From assembly GCA_043228905.1 (NCBI GenBank), contig JBHGNT010000017.1:7812001-7876000 (forward strand): 64,000 nt of DNA. Reading direction: 5' to 3'. This DNA comes from Azolla caroliniana (taxonomy: Eukaryota; Plantae; Polypodiophyta). The notes below the pieces were generated by a model. That model saw only the letters and a program-made list of their open reading frames with translations. It ran no database searches and was not told where the DNA came from. The position numbers and the translations under genes are program-made. Positions 13,837 through 34,000 of this stretch are shown here, one piece after another; positions within the stretch are counted from its first letter, which is position 1, and each line of letters opens with the position of its first letter.

Positions 13837-14279
13837 TGTTAGAGCTTAGCTACTAATGTAAGCATATGGTAAGGATAAAAGATAGATAAATAAGAAAGGA
13901 GAGAGAGAAAGAAGGGTGTTGATCCACCCGACCACCCCCGAGCGAAGGGATCAAGACAAACTTGAGCCTTGATTGGCGTCCCATACCACCGCCGTGGTGT
14001 TGAGTTGTACCTGGTGCTGGTGCGCTCGCTACAAGAGTTGACCCACCACAATGTTAGAGTCTCGACGTAGTCGATAATGTGTCAAATGAGGGTAGCTAGG
14101 TCTCATATTTATAGCCAGACCTAAGGGCCCCAGGCAAGTTCACACTTGGCCTAATGGGTTGTTTCAATCTCGAGGATTAAAAGTAATCCTCCCCTTCTTT
14201 ACACTCTTGTTTAACCCTCACACTTTATTCACGACGGCAAATTCTTACCACGGGATATTATATGGGCATGCCCGTAAGA
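13837..14279 (-). repeat. 5' LTR of chromovirus
   Basis: Matches 1960..2415. The adjacent PBS TGGTATTCGAGCCA (13821..13834, minus) is a degenerate tRNA-iMet site. Confidence 0.93.
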
Positions 14280-14864
14280 GTGTAAGTGTTTTACAATTGG
14301 GTTTGGAGCTAAATATAACTAACTAACTTACTAACTAATAGTGCTCTCCATGTGTTTATGAACATATAATATGTATAGTGGAGGCATCATCCACAAACAC
14401 ACTCACTCCATACATACATACATACATACATAGAAAAGTGTAATGGAATTTGGAATTAGGTGGGGGGGGGGACCCATTTTAAGTTTTCAATTAGTGAAGA
14501 AAAATGAATGAATGAATGAATGGAATAGAATAGAAAGAAATTAGAAATTAGAATAGAAGAAGCCCACCATGAATGAATCTGTCTGTCTGTTGTTGTTCCT
14601 TGCTTTTCTCGCTTTCTATTTTGCTGCGCAGATACACCCATCCCCTGCTTCGATCCTCTGCAGAAGAAGAAGAAGAAGAAGAAGAAGCAACCCTACTGTT
14701 GATGGATGGAGAACCCTAGAGTCGTGGAAGAAAGAAGAAGAAGAAGAAGAAGACGTAATTTGCGAAATATCCACCTTGTTACGACACCAGCGATCCTCCT
14801 CCTAAATCTAGCAGAAAATAAGCACGCGGTTTAGAGTAAGGATACCATCGGTTGGTTTGCTTCT

Positions 14865-20628
<5,764 letters not shown>

Positions 20629-20679
20629 TACTGTTTTTTTAAAATTTAATTGTATTATTTTGCTCTAAATTAATTTCTT

Positions 20680-20960
20680 GATTCATCATGTAGATTACAA
20701 TCACCATTAACGGATGATGTGGTAAACATGCTCATGTATGAAAAAACCGCAAGACTTTGTCCCTGTTAATAAATAAATTCGAATCAAGGCATTAAGTGTT
20801 CTCATGAGTGCCATTGTGTTATTTTTCTCTAAATTAAAGGATTGATTCATCATGCAGATTACACTCACCATCAAGGGATAAGGTAAGCAACAGGCTTGCT
20901 TATGAAAAAACCACAAGACTGTCCCCATTAATAAACAAATTTGAATCAAGGCATTCTCAT
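20680..20960 (+). repeat. Degenerate tandem duplication (~165 bp period) just after the Nudix stop
   Basis: gattcatcatg(t/c)agattaca...tatgaaaaaacc(g/a)caagact...gaatcaaggcatt occurs twice. Confidence 0.8.
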
Positions 20961-23900
20961 AGAGTAATAGAAGATAAAATGAAGTAGGTAGGTTCAAAAT
21001 ATCTACAGCTCCAATGGTGATTAAGTACAATGACACATCTAGAAGTAGATATTGACAAATCACATACGTTAAACAAAAAAGTAGTCTTTCAAAGAGAAAC
21101 AAATGTGTAGATTTTCTTAGGATGCATATTCAGGTAGGAGACTCAAGAGTAAGCACAATTTATGAAGGTACAAGTGGCCAAAGGAAAAAGGCACCCCATT
21201 GGTTTAGCTATTCAAAAATTTCCATACAACTCGAGAAATAGAAAAAGAGGATCTATTTACCATGTAATTGCTGAAATTGTGTATAATCATATAGGATTAA
21301 ATACGAAGGGAATTTTTGGAATGAGAAAGTTGAGCCCTCTTGGTTATCAATCTAGGCACTTTTAATCAAGGATCATTTAGTGCAAGACCCATTTCATGGG
21401 TTGTTTTTAGGGTCTGTGTTAGCAGGAAAAGAACTTGCCTTAATGATAGCCCTCCCATTCTTGTTGGTAAAGCCAAGAGAGGCGAGACATATATTTTAAA
21501 AGAGCAATGTTGGTACAACCCCTTGTGTTTCTCCATTATTTTGTTTTATGTATCTATCAAATAAGTATTTAATTGCTTATTGTTGAGTGCTCTAAGCCTT
21601 TCTATGGCTATATCCTAAGTATTATGGAGCTACACTTCACAGTGGGGGTGAACTTTAATTAAGGTATTAGTGCATCTTAGTTAACCCATGTGATTCACAT
21701 CAACAATTCAGCTAATTGTTCCCCATTGATCCGAGTTCTATCGAGTTTTTTACAATTGAGCTCAACATCCTCGTTGACAAATGCCAATCCTTATTGTTCC
21801 ATGAGTGGAAGGCCTAACTTCCATCTTCCTAGCTCAAATTAGTTGGGCCTAATAATTTCCCTTACTTACCCCGTGCTCAAAAAGCAACACCCTATGATTC
21901 TTAACCAACCCTAAGTTAAACCTATGATGTTAACACTAGTGACCACAATGAAGGACTCAACTTGTAGCCGATGAGCATAATAAAATGGCACCATTTCATT
22001 GCAATGTTTCCAACTTGATCTTTGACAACAATTACATACCTAACACATGGACCTAATTCAAATACTTGGTGCATGTAGGGAACATCTCATCTACCATAGG
22101 TAGCATGTGAACCGAATTCATCATAGAGTTATGGCGAACAAAAGAAGATAGTTGTTTTGGACTTAGATTTTCTCCATGAAATCTCATATATTGTTGTAAA
22201 ATACCCAATTGTACGCAATGTCTCCTGTCAATGCATTGCCTTCTTGCTAGTGATTGTTTTGTGTAGACTTGAATTTGGTAGGTCTTATCACCCATATGGA
22301 AAATGGTCCATCGGATATAGTTGATGGGTTAGGGGTAGGGCTAACAACCTTATTGTGTGAGTGAAATTTAGAAGTATTCTAGGGTTAGCCCTTAGTTTAG
22401 CTACTCACTTGTATCACTTGTGGCTTAGGAGTAGGGCAATACATGAGCTTGTAGTTAACCCTTTAGCTATAATTGCCCCTAGTGAATGCTCCTGATAATA
22501 ATAACATAATTGTTTGTTTTCCCCATCTTGTACTCCTCTGTCAAATTTTCTTATCTGTCCTATCCACTTATTTCTCCATTGTATTTAAAAAAGTCTAGAG
22601 AATGAAATGGATTAATTTTCATCCTTTGGTTCTTTTACGTAAGGATTAACTAGATTAAAATTCATATATTTCTTTTGAATTGAGGATTAACTTGATTCAT
22701 GTTTTAATTAGACTACAAGGCATAGCTAGAATTTCCTCTTTTTCTTTGTAGTTAGAATTAGTGGGATGAATTAAAAGATAATTGGATTCGTGGGTTTTCC
22801 ATTTTCCATCATAATTATGGATTAATGATATTAACTGTTAATTTTATGATTAATTATGCTCACTAATTGAGTATTAGAACAACCAATCATCATTAAAAGG
22901 AAGGTGGAAATAGTTTGAATTGAGGAAGTCTTAATGTGGTATTATGTGGGAAGAATGCCAAACTCCAGGGGCATTTCGAGAATTATGACAAACCCAAACT
23001 GCATTTAGATTTATCTATTTGGGAGGAGTTTCGGTTCGGAAGGAGACATGTGCTTCTCTCGGTACGAAACTTGGCATAAACATTTTGTAGGAACCGTGTA
23101 ATGGCATAGCAAGGTGTTCAAAAAGACTTCAAAAGTTGAAATACTTATTACTAAGCAATGCATTCGATGCTCTTTGTGCCACATTACAAAATAGATCCAC
23201 AAACACGACATACAAAGAAGATAGGGAGGGGCAAGGTGCTCGAAAAAAGCAAAAGATAGGGAAATCCCCCTCCCCTGCTTTCCCAAAAAAAGAAACCCCA
23301 CATTTTGCTTTATTTTCTCAAATGCCCTCGAGTTCTCATAGTTTCCCCAAAGGGGAAGTGTCTTCATTCAATTGCCAAATGAATGGTGACTACATGAAAA
23401 TCACTTTGCACACGTTAATGTTAGTACTTGATCTTGCGTTAGTTGGTTGGGTGAATGTAACGTTCAACTTGTTGAAATAGATTCACAAGTTGCTTCTGAA
23501 ATGGAGCGTGCAACACATCGGAGTTTTTGACATGGAGCTTGATTTTCCATAGAGCCTTTTGGTTCCTTGACTCTAGGACATGAAAAATGTTGTGAACCTT
23601 AACATGGCCTTCCAATGTAATGTGCACTAACGTAGAGGTTAGATGAACAAATGACAAATTTCTTCAACTAATTTAATGTTCACATGATCACATGTCGATT
23701 TACTTGCGGTGTATATATACACAACCAATCAAACATGTAAATTTGGACCCATCATAATAACAATGTGGGACATTCCGGCATACCCTTCGAAATCTCGATT
23801 TTAGTGACCCTACCAATGATCACATTTGTATTAAAAGCCATAATTGCGATTCTAATGGACAATTTTGGCCTCCTTGTTGTAATTATTATATAAAGGACGT

Positions 23901-24899
23901 ATGTGTAATTAGTTAATTTCCAAGCTTCACAATGATTAAGTAAAGGACATTGGCATAATATTTAGTTAATTTTCAAGCTTCAAGAATTATACTCCTCATT
24001 TCTTAATAATTATAATCTAGAGATTATTTTATTGATCTTGCATCCATAGTTCAATATAGGGATTCTTCAAATAATATAGTTACTAAGGATCATTGTACAA
24101 CGAAATATGTTGATACACGGTTTCCAAATTACATCTTCGATGGAAGCGAGCATCCGCATTTACATAAGCACGTGTGACAATAATTTATGGTTAGTAAATA
24201 TAAGGACGATGAAATTGAAGTTAGAAGCTAATAAATAAAAATACCTTTTATTGTCCATTTGAGCTCAGTTCGACCTAGTGGACAAACCCCTTAATGAACT
24301 CGGCCATCTTGTGTAAAGATAAGTAGACCCTCAATGTTGATCTTCTTCTTGGAATGTGAATTGTCCATAGTATTTACCAGTGGGACATTTGTGAAACATT
24401 GTTTTGAGTGTCTGAATCAACCTTCGCATTGTTAGTCATAACTAGGATGTTTGAGTCACATTTTTTATTTTCATAAACACATGGGAAACCTAAATGAGAA
24501 GCGTTGTGTGATGCCCACAAAGAAGTGATATTATTGGATAGCAAAATAGAGGTCACATATACCCAAGAGACTAAAAGCATTGGAAGAATTAAAGGGCATG
24601 GAGATACTAAACTAAGATACTTAGGTGAAACATAGCAAGCACAAAAAGATAAATGGTGTGCTTGCTTGAATGTAGTAGTGATGGATAATTGGTAATTTGA
24701 TCATTATTGACTAGGTTGCCAGGCAAGCAAAATGTCCATATGTAGAAGCACACAAATTAGGCTCGAAGTCACCAGGGGGAGCACCTCCCTTTGTGCTACT
24801 TGTGCCATCTAGTTTAGTTAGAGAGATTGCCATATGTGTTCCTACAATCTGGATTCTGGATTTTCTAGAGTGCTTCATGGATGTATCAATTTCTTGATG

Positions 24900-25560
24900 T
24901 CACTAGTACTAAGTTACGATTACATTAGGCTTTAAGATACATTGAAGTTATACACAAGGACAATCAATGTGCCCCCAATCATGAGATTATCAAAACATAG
25001 AATAAGTTAAAGATTATATGAGAAAGGTACTGGAGCCCCCAAGAACATAAATCAATTGGTTTGGGGTGATTGGAGCCCATGAACTAGAGGTATTTTGTTT
25101 GAATCCTAAAAGGGTTGTATTAGTGAGGATCTTGTCCAGGCGCTAGGAATTAAAATATAAAGACTACAATATTGTTGTCAATGTGTCGACCAACATGTAT
25201 GGAGACATCATCATGCCATCAACTACATTGATTTGTCATAATAATGAGAACATCCATCGCACACCAATAGGAACTAATCAAGTTGGTGCAATAAACGTAG
25301 GTGTCCATGTGTGACAATCACTAGAATTGTAAATTTGAGCATTTTCATAGGGTTGATGATCATGAATGGGGTGTCAAATCCTTCCATGACCAATTGCACA
25401 TCATACAAGCAAGTTATCGACAATGAGCTTAACATATCTCACATTGCACTATTAACGTTTGGTTGTTTCCATCCCAAATTGTAGTCTCTTGCTAGAGACA
25501 AAATGTCAATGTTGCCTTCTACACCTAACATTTATGTTTGGAAAGGGAATCCCCTTTGTT
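24900..25560 (-). pseudogene. Possible highly decayed LINE APE-endonuclease remnant
   Basis: Minus-strand fragments NINVR, NIDILSL/QET (1-nt frameshift), YVYC and RLDKIL occur in the expected order. Confidence 0.35.
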
Positions 25561-25774
25561 GTGGACTCGAACATGTAAATACCATAGGGTCATGGTGCTA
25601 CTTAAGGTATTGAACTTAGTACCATGAGCACAATACTTGTCAAGGGACATCTATAATATTGCATACATAGCGGATATGCAAAACATACTACTACCACGTG
25701 GTTTTTTTCATTGTATTTCATGTGATTCTTAATGTTGTCCCCATAAATTATGTATCACACTTGCATGGTTTTCT

Positions 25775-25891
25775 TGGTGTCCATGGCACCTATTGTGGCT
25801 ACAAACATCTAGTCTTGCCGTGATCTTATCTTGAATGGTGTCCATGGCACTTATTGTGGCTACAAATCTCTAGTCTTGCTCTAATCTTATC
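25775..25891 (+). repeat. 61-bp tandem duplication
   Basis: tggtgtccatggcac(c/t)tattgtggctacaaa..tctagtcttgc...atcttatct x2. Confidence 0.85.
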
Positions 25892-27592
25892 TCGGATTCT
25901 CAAACCACTTACATGCTTTCACAATTGTTATCCACTCCCGACGACTTGGTTACCCAAAATTTACCGCGGGCGTGGTAGATGGTGCATCCTTCATGTTCCC
26001 CTCCCTAGTTAGTACCAAGGATAGGTCCCCTCAATGCTCTACACACCCACACCCGATACTCAATGGCACATTCCAACCCTCGAATTGTTAATATATCTAT
26101 GTTGTAATCTGTATGTATGTATGTATGTATGTATGTATGTATGTGTGTGTATGGATTCTGCATGGTGTTGACATAAAACAAACCTCATGCTTGTGCTAAC
26201 ATTTCATCAAGTTTAATGGCTCAAAGATACCTTAGGATAAGAGGTAGCACAACCCTATGGCTTAATGTGGGGGGGTGTACAGGATATTAATTGATCTCCT
26301 GAACAGATAATCACGGGTATATTGAGAATACTCGTGCTAACACTAGTTAAGGTTGTTAATGTCCCTGCAAGATGACCCTTGCTACGGTTAATGTCTTGAG
26401 TGAGTGGCCAGGTGTGCAATTAGGTGCTCTCTGCATAAACATGTAGATTAGATTCACAGATGGTTGTGTGCTGAAACTTGATTTGTTAATGTCTTGAGGA
26501 TTAAGGCAACTTGTAGGAAATGGAGTAAGATTAACACATTTTCCAAGCTGCTCAAAGGCATACCTAAAATATAAGAAAATCATCAGAAATGGAAAAAGAT
26601 GAGCAACTATCGATCAATCGATTGTTGAGGCCGAGCCGAATAAGGATTGAAAACATATTAAGGTATGAGTTGTTTTCTAGTGCAAGAAAACTTGTGGAGT
26701 CTAACATGATCCATTCATTCATATTATTCAATAATATGGGGTGGACCTGCACCCTAAATGATAATGCTAATGGTAATGTCCGTTTTTAATGGTAATGATG
26801 GATTCTCATGAAACCATTCTTCTTTATGAATGTGGTTTGAGTACATACAGTAAGTGCATGTTATTATGGTATGTTAGACATGATTTCAGTAAGCATTAAA
26901 TTGGAGATTGCAGATTGGCATTCTAGTTACAATAATCACATATATGTACAAAGAAGATAGATGTGGAGCTATTTAATATATATTATATTGTAGCCAGAAA
27001 CAGTAACTGTCTAATTTAATAGCAAAACCCTCCTAACGAATTAATCAATTCAATTCTCGATCGGTAAATTATAATCAGAATGTGCATAGATCAAACTACT
27101 GGAGTTATAACCATGTAGAGGAGTGAACTTAATATGGTTACTTACCCTGGGGAACAAAAATTATGGATGAAATAGTGGTCCAAAATCGGCTTCCAATAGT
27201 CTGTTGGAAATCAAAACAGTCTTTCCAGACTCAGGAAGCAAGAGTATATATGTATTGAGTGTTTCTTTTCATTTGCCTTGAATGCATAAAAATTCATGTG
27301 ACTGGAGGGATCATAATTGATTTTCCAAATCAGTTGTCTTCTCTTAACAAGAATGATTGTAGATTAGGATGTCCTTGTATATATATATAAGTTATAACTG
27401 TATGTGAAGAAGATTTGGAAGTTTTTATTGTATTCAACTCACAAACCGCTTTGAATGTCAGCATTAGCAACACAAAAGTATGATTCCATTGATTTAATTG
27501 ACTCACTTAAGAGGAAGAAAGAGAAAAACAAAGCAAGCAGAAAAACAGAGCATTATGTGGAGATTCTGCAACAGGAAGAGGAGGAGGAGGAA

Positions 27593-27593
<1 letters not shown>

Positions 27594-27623
<30 letters not shown>

Positions 27624-27649
27624 AAGAAGAAGAAGAAGAAGAAGAAGAA
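27594..27649. repeat. (AAG)n microsatellite in the FPF1-like 3' UTR
   Basis: Direct reading. Confidence 0.95.
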
Positions 27650-27666
27650 GGGGAAGGAGCAGGAGG

Positions 27667-28242
27667 CTATTGGTAATTGCAATCTCTAACCTCGAAGTAT
27701 TGCCTGTTCTTGAGGACAATGTCATACATGTGCATGGTCTTGAACTTGGAGAAGTCTCTGGGGAGGGAGATGAGGAGGGAGCTAGAGAAGCATCGATGGA
27801 ACTGTACAAGCTGCTTGGACTCATCCTCTTGATCTTGGTGATGGTGATTCTGATGCCTGTGAGAGTGATGATGCTTTATACTCCGATGATGATGATGATG
27901 ATGATGATCTTCGGAGAATGCTGCGGAGCGATTGTCGATATGAATGAGATCATCATTATAGACATGGTCGGTAGCGGATTGATGATGGGGATTGCAGCAG
28001 CCAGCAATGGTGGAGGAGGAGGAGGAGGAGGAGGGATCGGTGTAGGGGAGCCAGCCGAGTCCGAGGAGCTTCTCTTCGAGGTGGGGGTAGGAGCAGATGA
28101 TCTCCATGGTGGGCAAGTAGACAAGGGCCTTCCTCCTCTGGGTGGACATGGCGCCCGAAAGCTCGTGGCCGTCGATCGGCTCCACCATGGGGTTCTGCAC
28201 GAGCTTCGCCACGCCATTCCGGAACACCCACACCCCCGCCAT
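27667..28242 (-). CDS. FPF1: Flowering-promoting factor 1-like protein, 191 aa, with His/Ser-rich insertion
   Basis: MAGVWVFRNGV..RRKALVYLPT.E.I.SY..LE..L..LGW and LVQFH..S..LISLPRDFSKFKTMHMYDIVLKN..YFEVRD match the FPF1 family consensus. Intact and intronless. Confidence 0.93.
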   Translation of the reverse strand: MAGVWVFRNGVAKLVQNPMVEPIDGHELSGAMSTQRRKALVYLPTMEIICSYPHLEEKLLGLGWLPYTDPSSSSSSSTIAGCCNPHHQSATDHVYNDDLIHIDNRSAAFSEDHHHHHHHRSIKHHHSHRHQNHHHQDQEDESKQLVQFHRCFSSSLLISLPRDFSKFKTMHMYDIVLKNRQYFEVRDCNYQ

Positions 28243-28314
28243 TGTTGCGAGAAAGAGATATTAAGAGGGAAAGGAAGAAAAAAATGATCACACACCAATT
28301 TTTACAGAAGAATT

Positions 28315-28479
28315 GGGGGGGGGGGGGGGGGGGGGGAGGTTAATGTAGGCTAGGCTCTCAGATTGTTTAATGGATCAATCAACCATTCATTCAGGTGGAT
28401 TTGGGGGGGTTAATTTGTAGTGAATGAATAATGGTAATGAATGTAATTTGGCATTCTCTTGAGTCTGTATGTATGGGTG

Positions 28480-28521
<42 letters not shown>

Positions 28522-28872
28522 TGAGATGGGTAAGGGAGTGTTGAGGCGTGTGGGGGTGGCAAAGTTATGTATATATGGTGGGGAGGGGGCTATAATAATA
28601 ATAATAACAAACCATGCTAATAGCAATCATAATAATGGGGGTGTGTGTGAGTGTGTATTTGGGAAGGGGGTAATGATTGAAGATTTTGGTGGTTTGAGAA
28701 ACAGGGGAAGGCAGAGACAGACTGAGAGAGAGAGAGAGAGAGAAGAAGAGCAAAAATGGTGTTTTGTAAGGTAATGAACATTTTTAGTTTATGCAAAAAA
28801 AATAAAAAATAAAAAAGGCTGACAAGGAAAAAAGAAGAAGAAGAAAAACAGCATGAGAGAGATAGAGAGATG

Positions 28873-28904
<32 letters not shown>

Positions 28905-28907
28905 ATG

Positions 28908-28940
<33 letters not shown>

Positions 28941-29300
28941 GGAGGGAACAGCCTAAGCACGTGCCACATTGCTCGTGAGAAAAAATGCATGATTGAATAT
29001 ATAAGATTTACATAGGTGTTCTATGCACACCCACACCCACACCCACACCCACATGTGTGTGTGTGTGTATGTTGTGCATAGAGATTGTGTATAGAGAGAG
29101 AGAGAGAGAGGATAAAGACACCTAACATGCACTTCACTCACAATTATGTGTGTGTGTGTGAAATGCAAGTTGCAATTTCAAATGTGTAGGTTGCCAACAA
29201 CAACGGCGTCGGAGATATCGAATTTATCTTCTATATACGTATATGTATACATATACATATATATGGATATGGATGTTTCCATATGGGTGTGACACTCCAA
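28315..29300 (-). promoter_or_regulatory. Microsatellite-rich upstream region of the FPF1-like gene
   Basis: G run 28315..28336, (TA)n, (GA)n and (GT)n tracts, TATA-like element at ~28570, G-box CACGTG at ~28958. Confidence 0.5.
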
Positions 29301-29610
29301 AGACAACACCACCCTTGCACGAGTTTGTTTGTAAGAGCTCCCTCTCCCCCCTGTGTGAGATGAAGGAATGCACATGAAGCAGCGAGTGACAATGAACGCA
29401 TATGTCCCTTCGAGTAACATTGAGGGGCTGCCACTTACGTACAAGTTGAGGGGATCTCGCCCTATTGTCTCATATAAAAACCAAGGAACGTTTCAGCCTA
29501 AAACAACGGAGGATACATGTATTTGTGACACTTAACGACCCCCAAGTTCTTTGATATGACCAGTGACAATGCTCTCTTTGTGTACTCCTTGTTAGTATGC
29601 TTGCATCTTG

Positions 29611-29718
29611 AGAATTTGCATATATGATCATTTTAAAGTTTCATTAACTACTTGCATAAACCAAGAATTTGCATATATGATCATTCTAAAGTTTCATTAA
29701 CTACTTGCCTAAACCAAG
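29611..29718 (+). repeat. ~53-bp tandem duplication
   Basis: agaatttgcatatatgatcatt(t/c)taaagtttcattaactacttgc(a/c)taaacca x2. Confidence 0.85.
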
Positions 29719-30319
29719 GTACGTACAACTTGGATGCCTCTTTCTATGTCCCCTTCTTAGTTAAGGCTCTTTATTATAGAAAATCTGCAAATGAAATAAT
29801 AGTGTGATTGGGAGATTTCTCGTATCCTAATATGTTTGCACCGCATTCTTTTGTTCATAAACTATGTTTTGTATCAATGCATCTAATAAAGCATTTGATT
29901 GTGCTCGTTAAAACTTTCAATATCATTTTGCCCCTTCTACGTTCGATACATATAGGATATATCGCAACAAGTGGAGAAAGATCTAGGACACATTCTCTTT
30001 TGATCTCTTATCCCCGACAACATCCCGTAATGTTCCCTTGCTATAGTAATGTTATCTCGTTGCACATAATAGTGCCTCCTACAAGTTACATGTAATTGTT
30101 GGATCACCGCCCATGCGGCACACATTTATTCAATCATGCTATCCATTTGATCATTGGAAATGTGACAAAAAACTCAAGAATGATTACTTGATGCAACTAA
30201 GATTTAGAACGGAACCTAAATATTCAAGCATAGAATCTAAACATTCTTGAAATGTCGAGTTTGGTTGGAGAAAAACATAAGAATCAATCCCAAACATCGA
30301 CTTGTAGCAATATATAGCA

Positions 30320-31008
30320 TGTATCTACCCCATGCATTGTGGAGCGCAACAACTTGGATTGATCTTTTTGTTGATCGCTAGACGAATGCCTCCAATGCAG
30401 ATAGTTGGTGCTGTGAGTGAAGGGCCGATTTGAGAGAGGCTTGAAGACAACATCCCCTCAATTTTGGGAGATTTGGATGTTGATTGCAGGCTTCCACTTG
30501 TGGTATGTATGGAAAGCACGCTACCTAAAGGTCTTCCAAGATCTAGTACGCCCTCCGGAGGAATTGATCATGGATATATGGTTTGCGATTATCAGCTGTC
30601 TACGAGGACAAATGGACAAGGTTTGCGGCCACTCCAATGATGTGGTCACTGCTCATTTGCACTTCCGGCAGAAATGGCGGAACACGCCGATGGTGATGGA
30701 AGGAGGAAACAACCCTAGGTGGAACTACTAGCCCCCACGTAGATTATTTCTTACTCACCTCCCACCCTCCCTTAGTTGTAGGCCGCAGGATCCGGCTCGT
30801 ACTGGCCAATGATGAAGGGCACTAGTTTATAGCTATAGGTACCTACTTACATTAAGTAGTCAGTTTGAAAGGATATGTACATAGTCTCATATTCTTGAAC
30901 TCGGTTGGAGGGTGATTCCCTGATTTATGTATAACCAACCTTGTATAGACTTTCTGTAATAATCTCTCCTAACTAATGGGAAAGTAGCTTCTTTTTTGAA
31001 AGAAAAAA
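30320..31008 (+). mobile_element. 5'-truncated LINE 3' end
   Basis: LWYVWKAR..KVFQ...KWRNTPM...PRWNY*PP is L1/Tx1-like ORF2 C-terminus, followed by a 3' UTR and a T/A tail. Confidence 0.65.
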
Positions 31009-34000
31009 TCCTACCAAAGCCAAGTAAGAAAAACAAAATTTCTAAACTTATCTAAAGGAAAACAATACACTAGAAATCATTGAAAATGTTCAGATTGCAA
31101 GGAATAAGGGCATTGTTGGGCATCAATATCTAACAAGATTTTTTAGCCCTAGTTAATCATGAGAGGAAATATAATATCTTAAATCTTGTGATGCAATAAT
31201 ATAAAGTTTGTACCTGTTCTAAAGAGGTCCCCAAGAGAGTATGTATTGTGTTGGCAATAAACAATATGATTGTTTTCTTTTAACATTTGGTTATTGTCCA
31301 ATAAAGGTTCGAGGTAAGCTCCTCCTCCTCGACCCACTTTGACCCACTTTATCTTGATGTGTGTCATATGCATACCTCCTATGTTAGTTAAGAAAAACTC
31401 CTTTTACCTATAAATTTGTATGTCTCTTGACAGAATCGTTGCGAAAACAAGCAATGAGTTGCATATAACAAGTCTTGTAAGAAAACACTTTTAGAGAAAG
31501 AACAAATAAAGGTGGCAACCTCGAGAAAGGACACATGAGAGCTGTGACATTAAAAAGGTTACCATACTATCTAGAATCTATAATAGAATGAATGAGTTCT
31601 CAAGACTTTTATAAATCTGAATACAAAGAGCGCATGTGTGTTACAAATTACAATGTTATGGATTGAAGGTTCAGGTCAAAGTCTAGGAACTTGATAATGT
31701 TATCTATCATCCTTCATTAGGTCCTATGTGCCTATTTATTTACAAACCTATGTTGTAGAAAATGTGTTTTCATGTAGTTAAATTAGTTGTGAATTGAGGT
31801 CATTGCTTTAAATTACCACATCATAGATAATAAAGAGAATGATGATCTTATAAAGGAATAAGTCACCTATAACTAAGGACAATTGTTTTTAGGACTATTT
31901 GTACAAACATATGATAACAAATCCATTGGATTCTGTGCATTTGATTGGAATTGATGGCCAAGAGTTGATGTCTGATAAACCGTGAATGTATTTAGTAGAT
32001 TATCTAGAACCTAATTAAACAAAATTCACCAAATGTGTGTTAGGACAATAGTTTTATATCATGATACAACCACAACACTTTTTTTCTTAATGGGCATTCA
32101 TAGTGTTGCACATAATATGCTACTAATATACTTAATATTCTATGGAGGCAAGTTATGCATATGAAATTGAACAAACTCTATCTTTGATTACATAGTGGTC
32201 AAACAATGTGACTTCATATGAAGGAAACATATTAAAAGGAATTCACGACAAAAAAGAGTTTAGGATACAATGATGTCAAATTAGCATCATCTATGTTCCA
32301 AACAAAGAATATATTTTAAGCTTCCAATTATGGTGGATGTTATGGATGGAAAAGGTTGTCAGAGGATCAACCTCATGATGTGACCAATGTGGATATAAAA
32401 TACCTTGACGATGTCTCGTCCATTCATGGAAATGACTAATGCAAAGAATGGATCCTCTCTTGCGTTTATGAATATGAACTATATTTCTATCACTTTGGAA
32501 TTGTTGTACCGTATTGCAATGATCATATCATGAAAATCTTACAAAGAAAAAATCGTAGCAATATATTGATCCTAGTTGTAAACTTGTAAAACGTTATTGT
32601 TTCTATGGTCTTATTGACGCCTTATGAATCCATATTGAAATTTAATACTTTGAAATTGGAGACAAACAACATGTTTGCAAATCCAATGTTTTATTGTTTG
32701 AACTATATTTGTGTGGATACATTGAATCTAATATATTTGGACACTCATTATTGAATGCTTGAGGCTTCGCCAGGTTTATAAACAACATAGCTAAGATTAC
32801 AAAACATGTGATTTCATATGAAATTGGGTGATTACTCATGTTTCTCACTTTGCCAAAATCATAGGTACTAAGTAATTGTAATTCCTACCCAAGTTGGTGT
32901 AAAGAACACTTCACATATCCTTAAGGGAAATTCCCAAATTGAATTGTAAATGTTTTACAAGTAGAACGAACCACATTGTGGATATCTATTTTAAATACCC
33001 TTTTCATGTAACCATACCTATCTTTAGAGAAAGGAATATTGTGATGAACTCATGTATTAATAATTATACACATAAATCAAGTGACATGGTTGCTAATGCC
33101 ACTATTACTATCTCTTGGGAGTTCACATATGACATATGGGACCAAAGAAGAAATATTCTAGCATAATGCAAATGCTGGCGTTGATGTGACTATCAATTTC
33201 CATGAATTTGCTAATGAACATTGCAATTGAGTTTGTAGTCTTTTGGAAAAAAAAATGTTGTTGTAATGTAGTAGAGTGTGATATTCAAACTCGTGAAATT
33301 GTCAAAGGGGGAAATATGCATAATCAACGAATCTCCTCTTTGTTGTCCCGGTGCTCTCTATAACATCTAAGGTAATGGGGGTTATGTCATATGGAAACAA
33401 TGGTATTGATCATGAAGAAGGGAATGGGCATTAACCTGTTTCTAGGAAACACATAATTTGATTACTCCATTGCACATGTTTTCAAATGGATAGCATGTTG
33501 AACTCTTTCCTACTTCCAATAGATAAGTAATGCATTTATTCCACCTATAATTAGAGGGAGCATAAAACCATGGTATTTGAAGCTTTCTAATTCAAAGTGT
33601 TGAAGACGACAAATCTACATCTTAACTCATCAAGTATTTTTGAGCTTCTTGACATTCTTTATTAAATCAATATTTTTTCTGACCAATGTTGTTCGCAAAT
33701 CTACAAGACAAATGGATAAATGATTTGCTTGAAATGTTTTTTCTTACATTTTGATGGGACATCATTTGTAACATTTCATCACCCATTTTGATCTATAGAG
33801 GTCATTTAGGTTTTTTCATATATATGGTTGTCTTGCAATTTGGTTGAGCTCTACGTATGTTAGTCATTCCATACATATGAGCTCAATACATGGAGTCCTA
33901 TGATTTGATTGTAGAGTCTATTAACCAAGTGAAATTTTGTTTATACAATACACAACACATTCCAAAAAAACGCACTACCCCATTCTAGAATTTGTGTTGG

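Larger units (their letters stand above)
1960..14279 (-). mobile_element. Ty3/gypsy chromovirus LTR retrotransposon, degenerate, interrupted by a copia
   Basis: Direct LTRs 1960..2415 and 13837..14279. TSD GTATA/GTGTA (1 mismatch). PBS and PPT present. gag-PR-RT-RH-INT-chromodomain order on the minus strand. Confidence 0.95.

Noticed and set aside
21100-24000. Possible decayed LTR/copia and MITE relics
   Set aside because: No paired termini, TSD or convincing protein motifs could be found.
27670-28287. 205-aa plus-strand ORF
   Set aside because: Antisense shadow of the FPF1-like gene, low complexity (poly-M/G).
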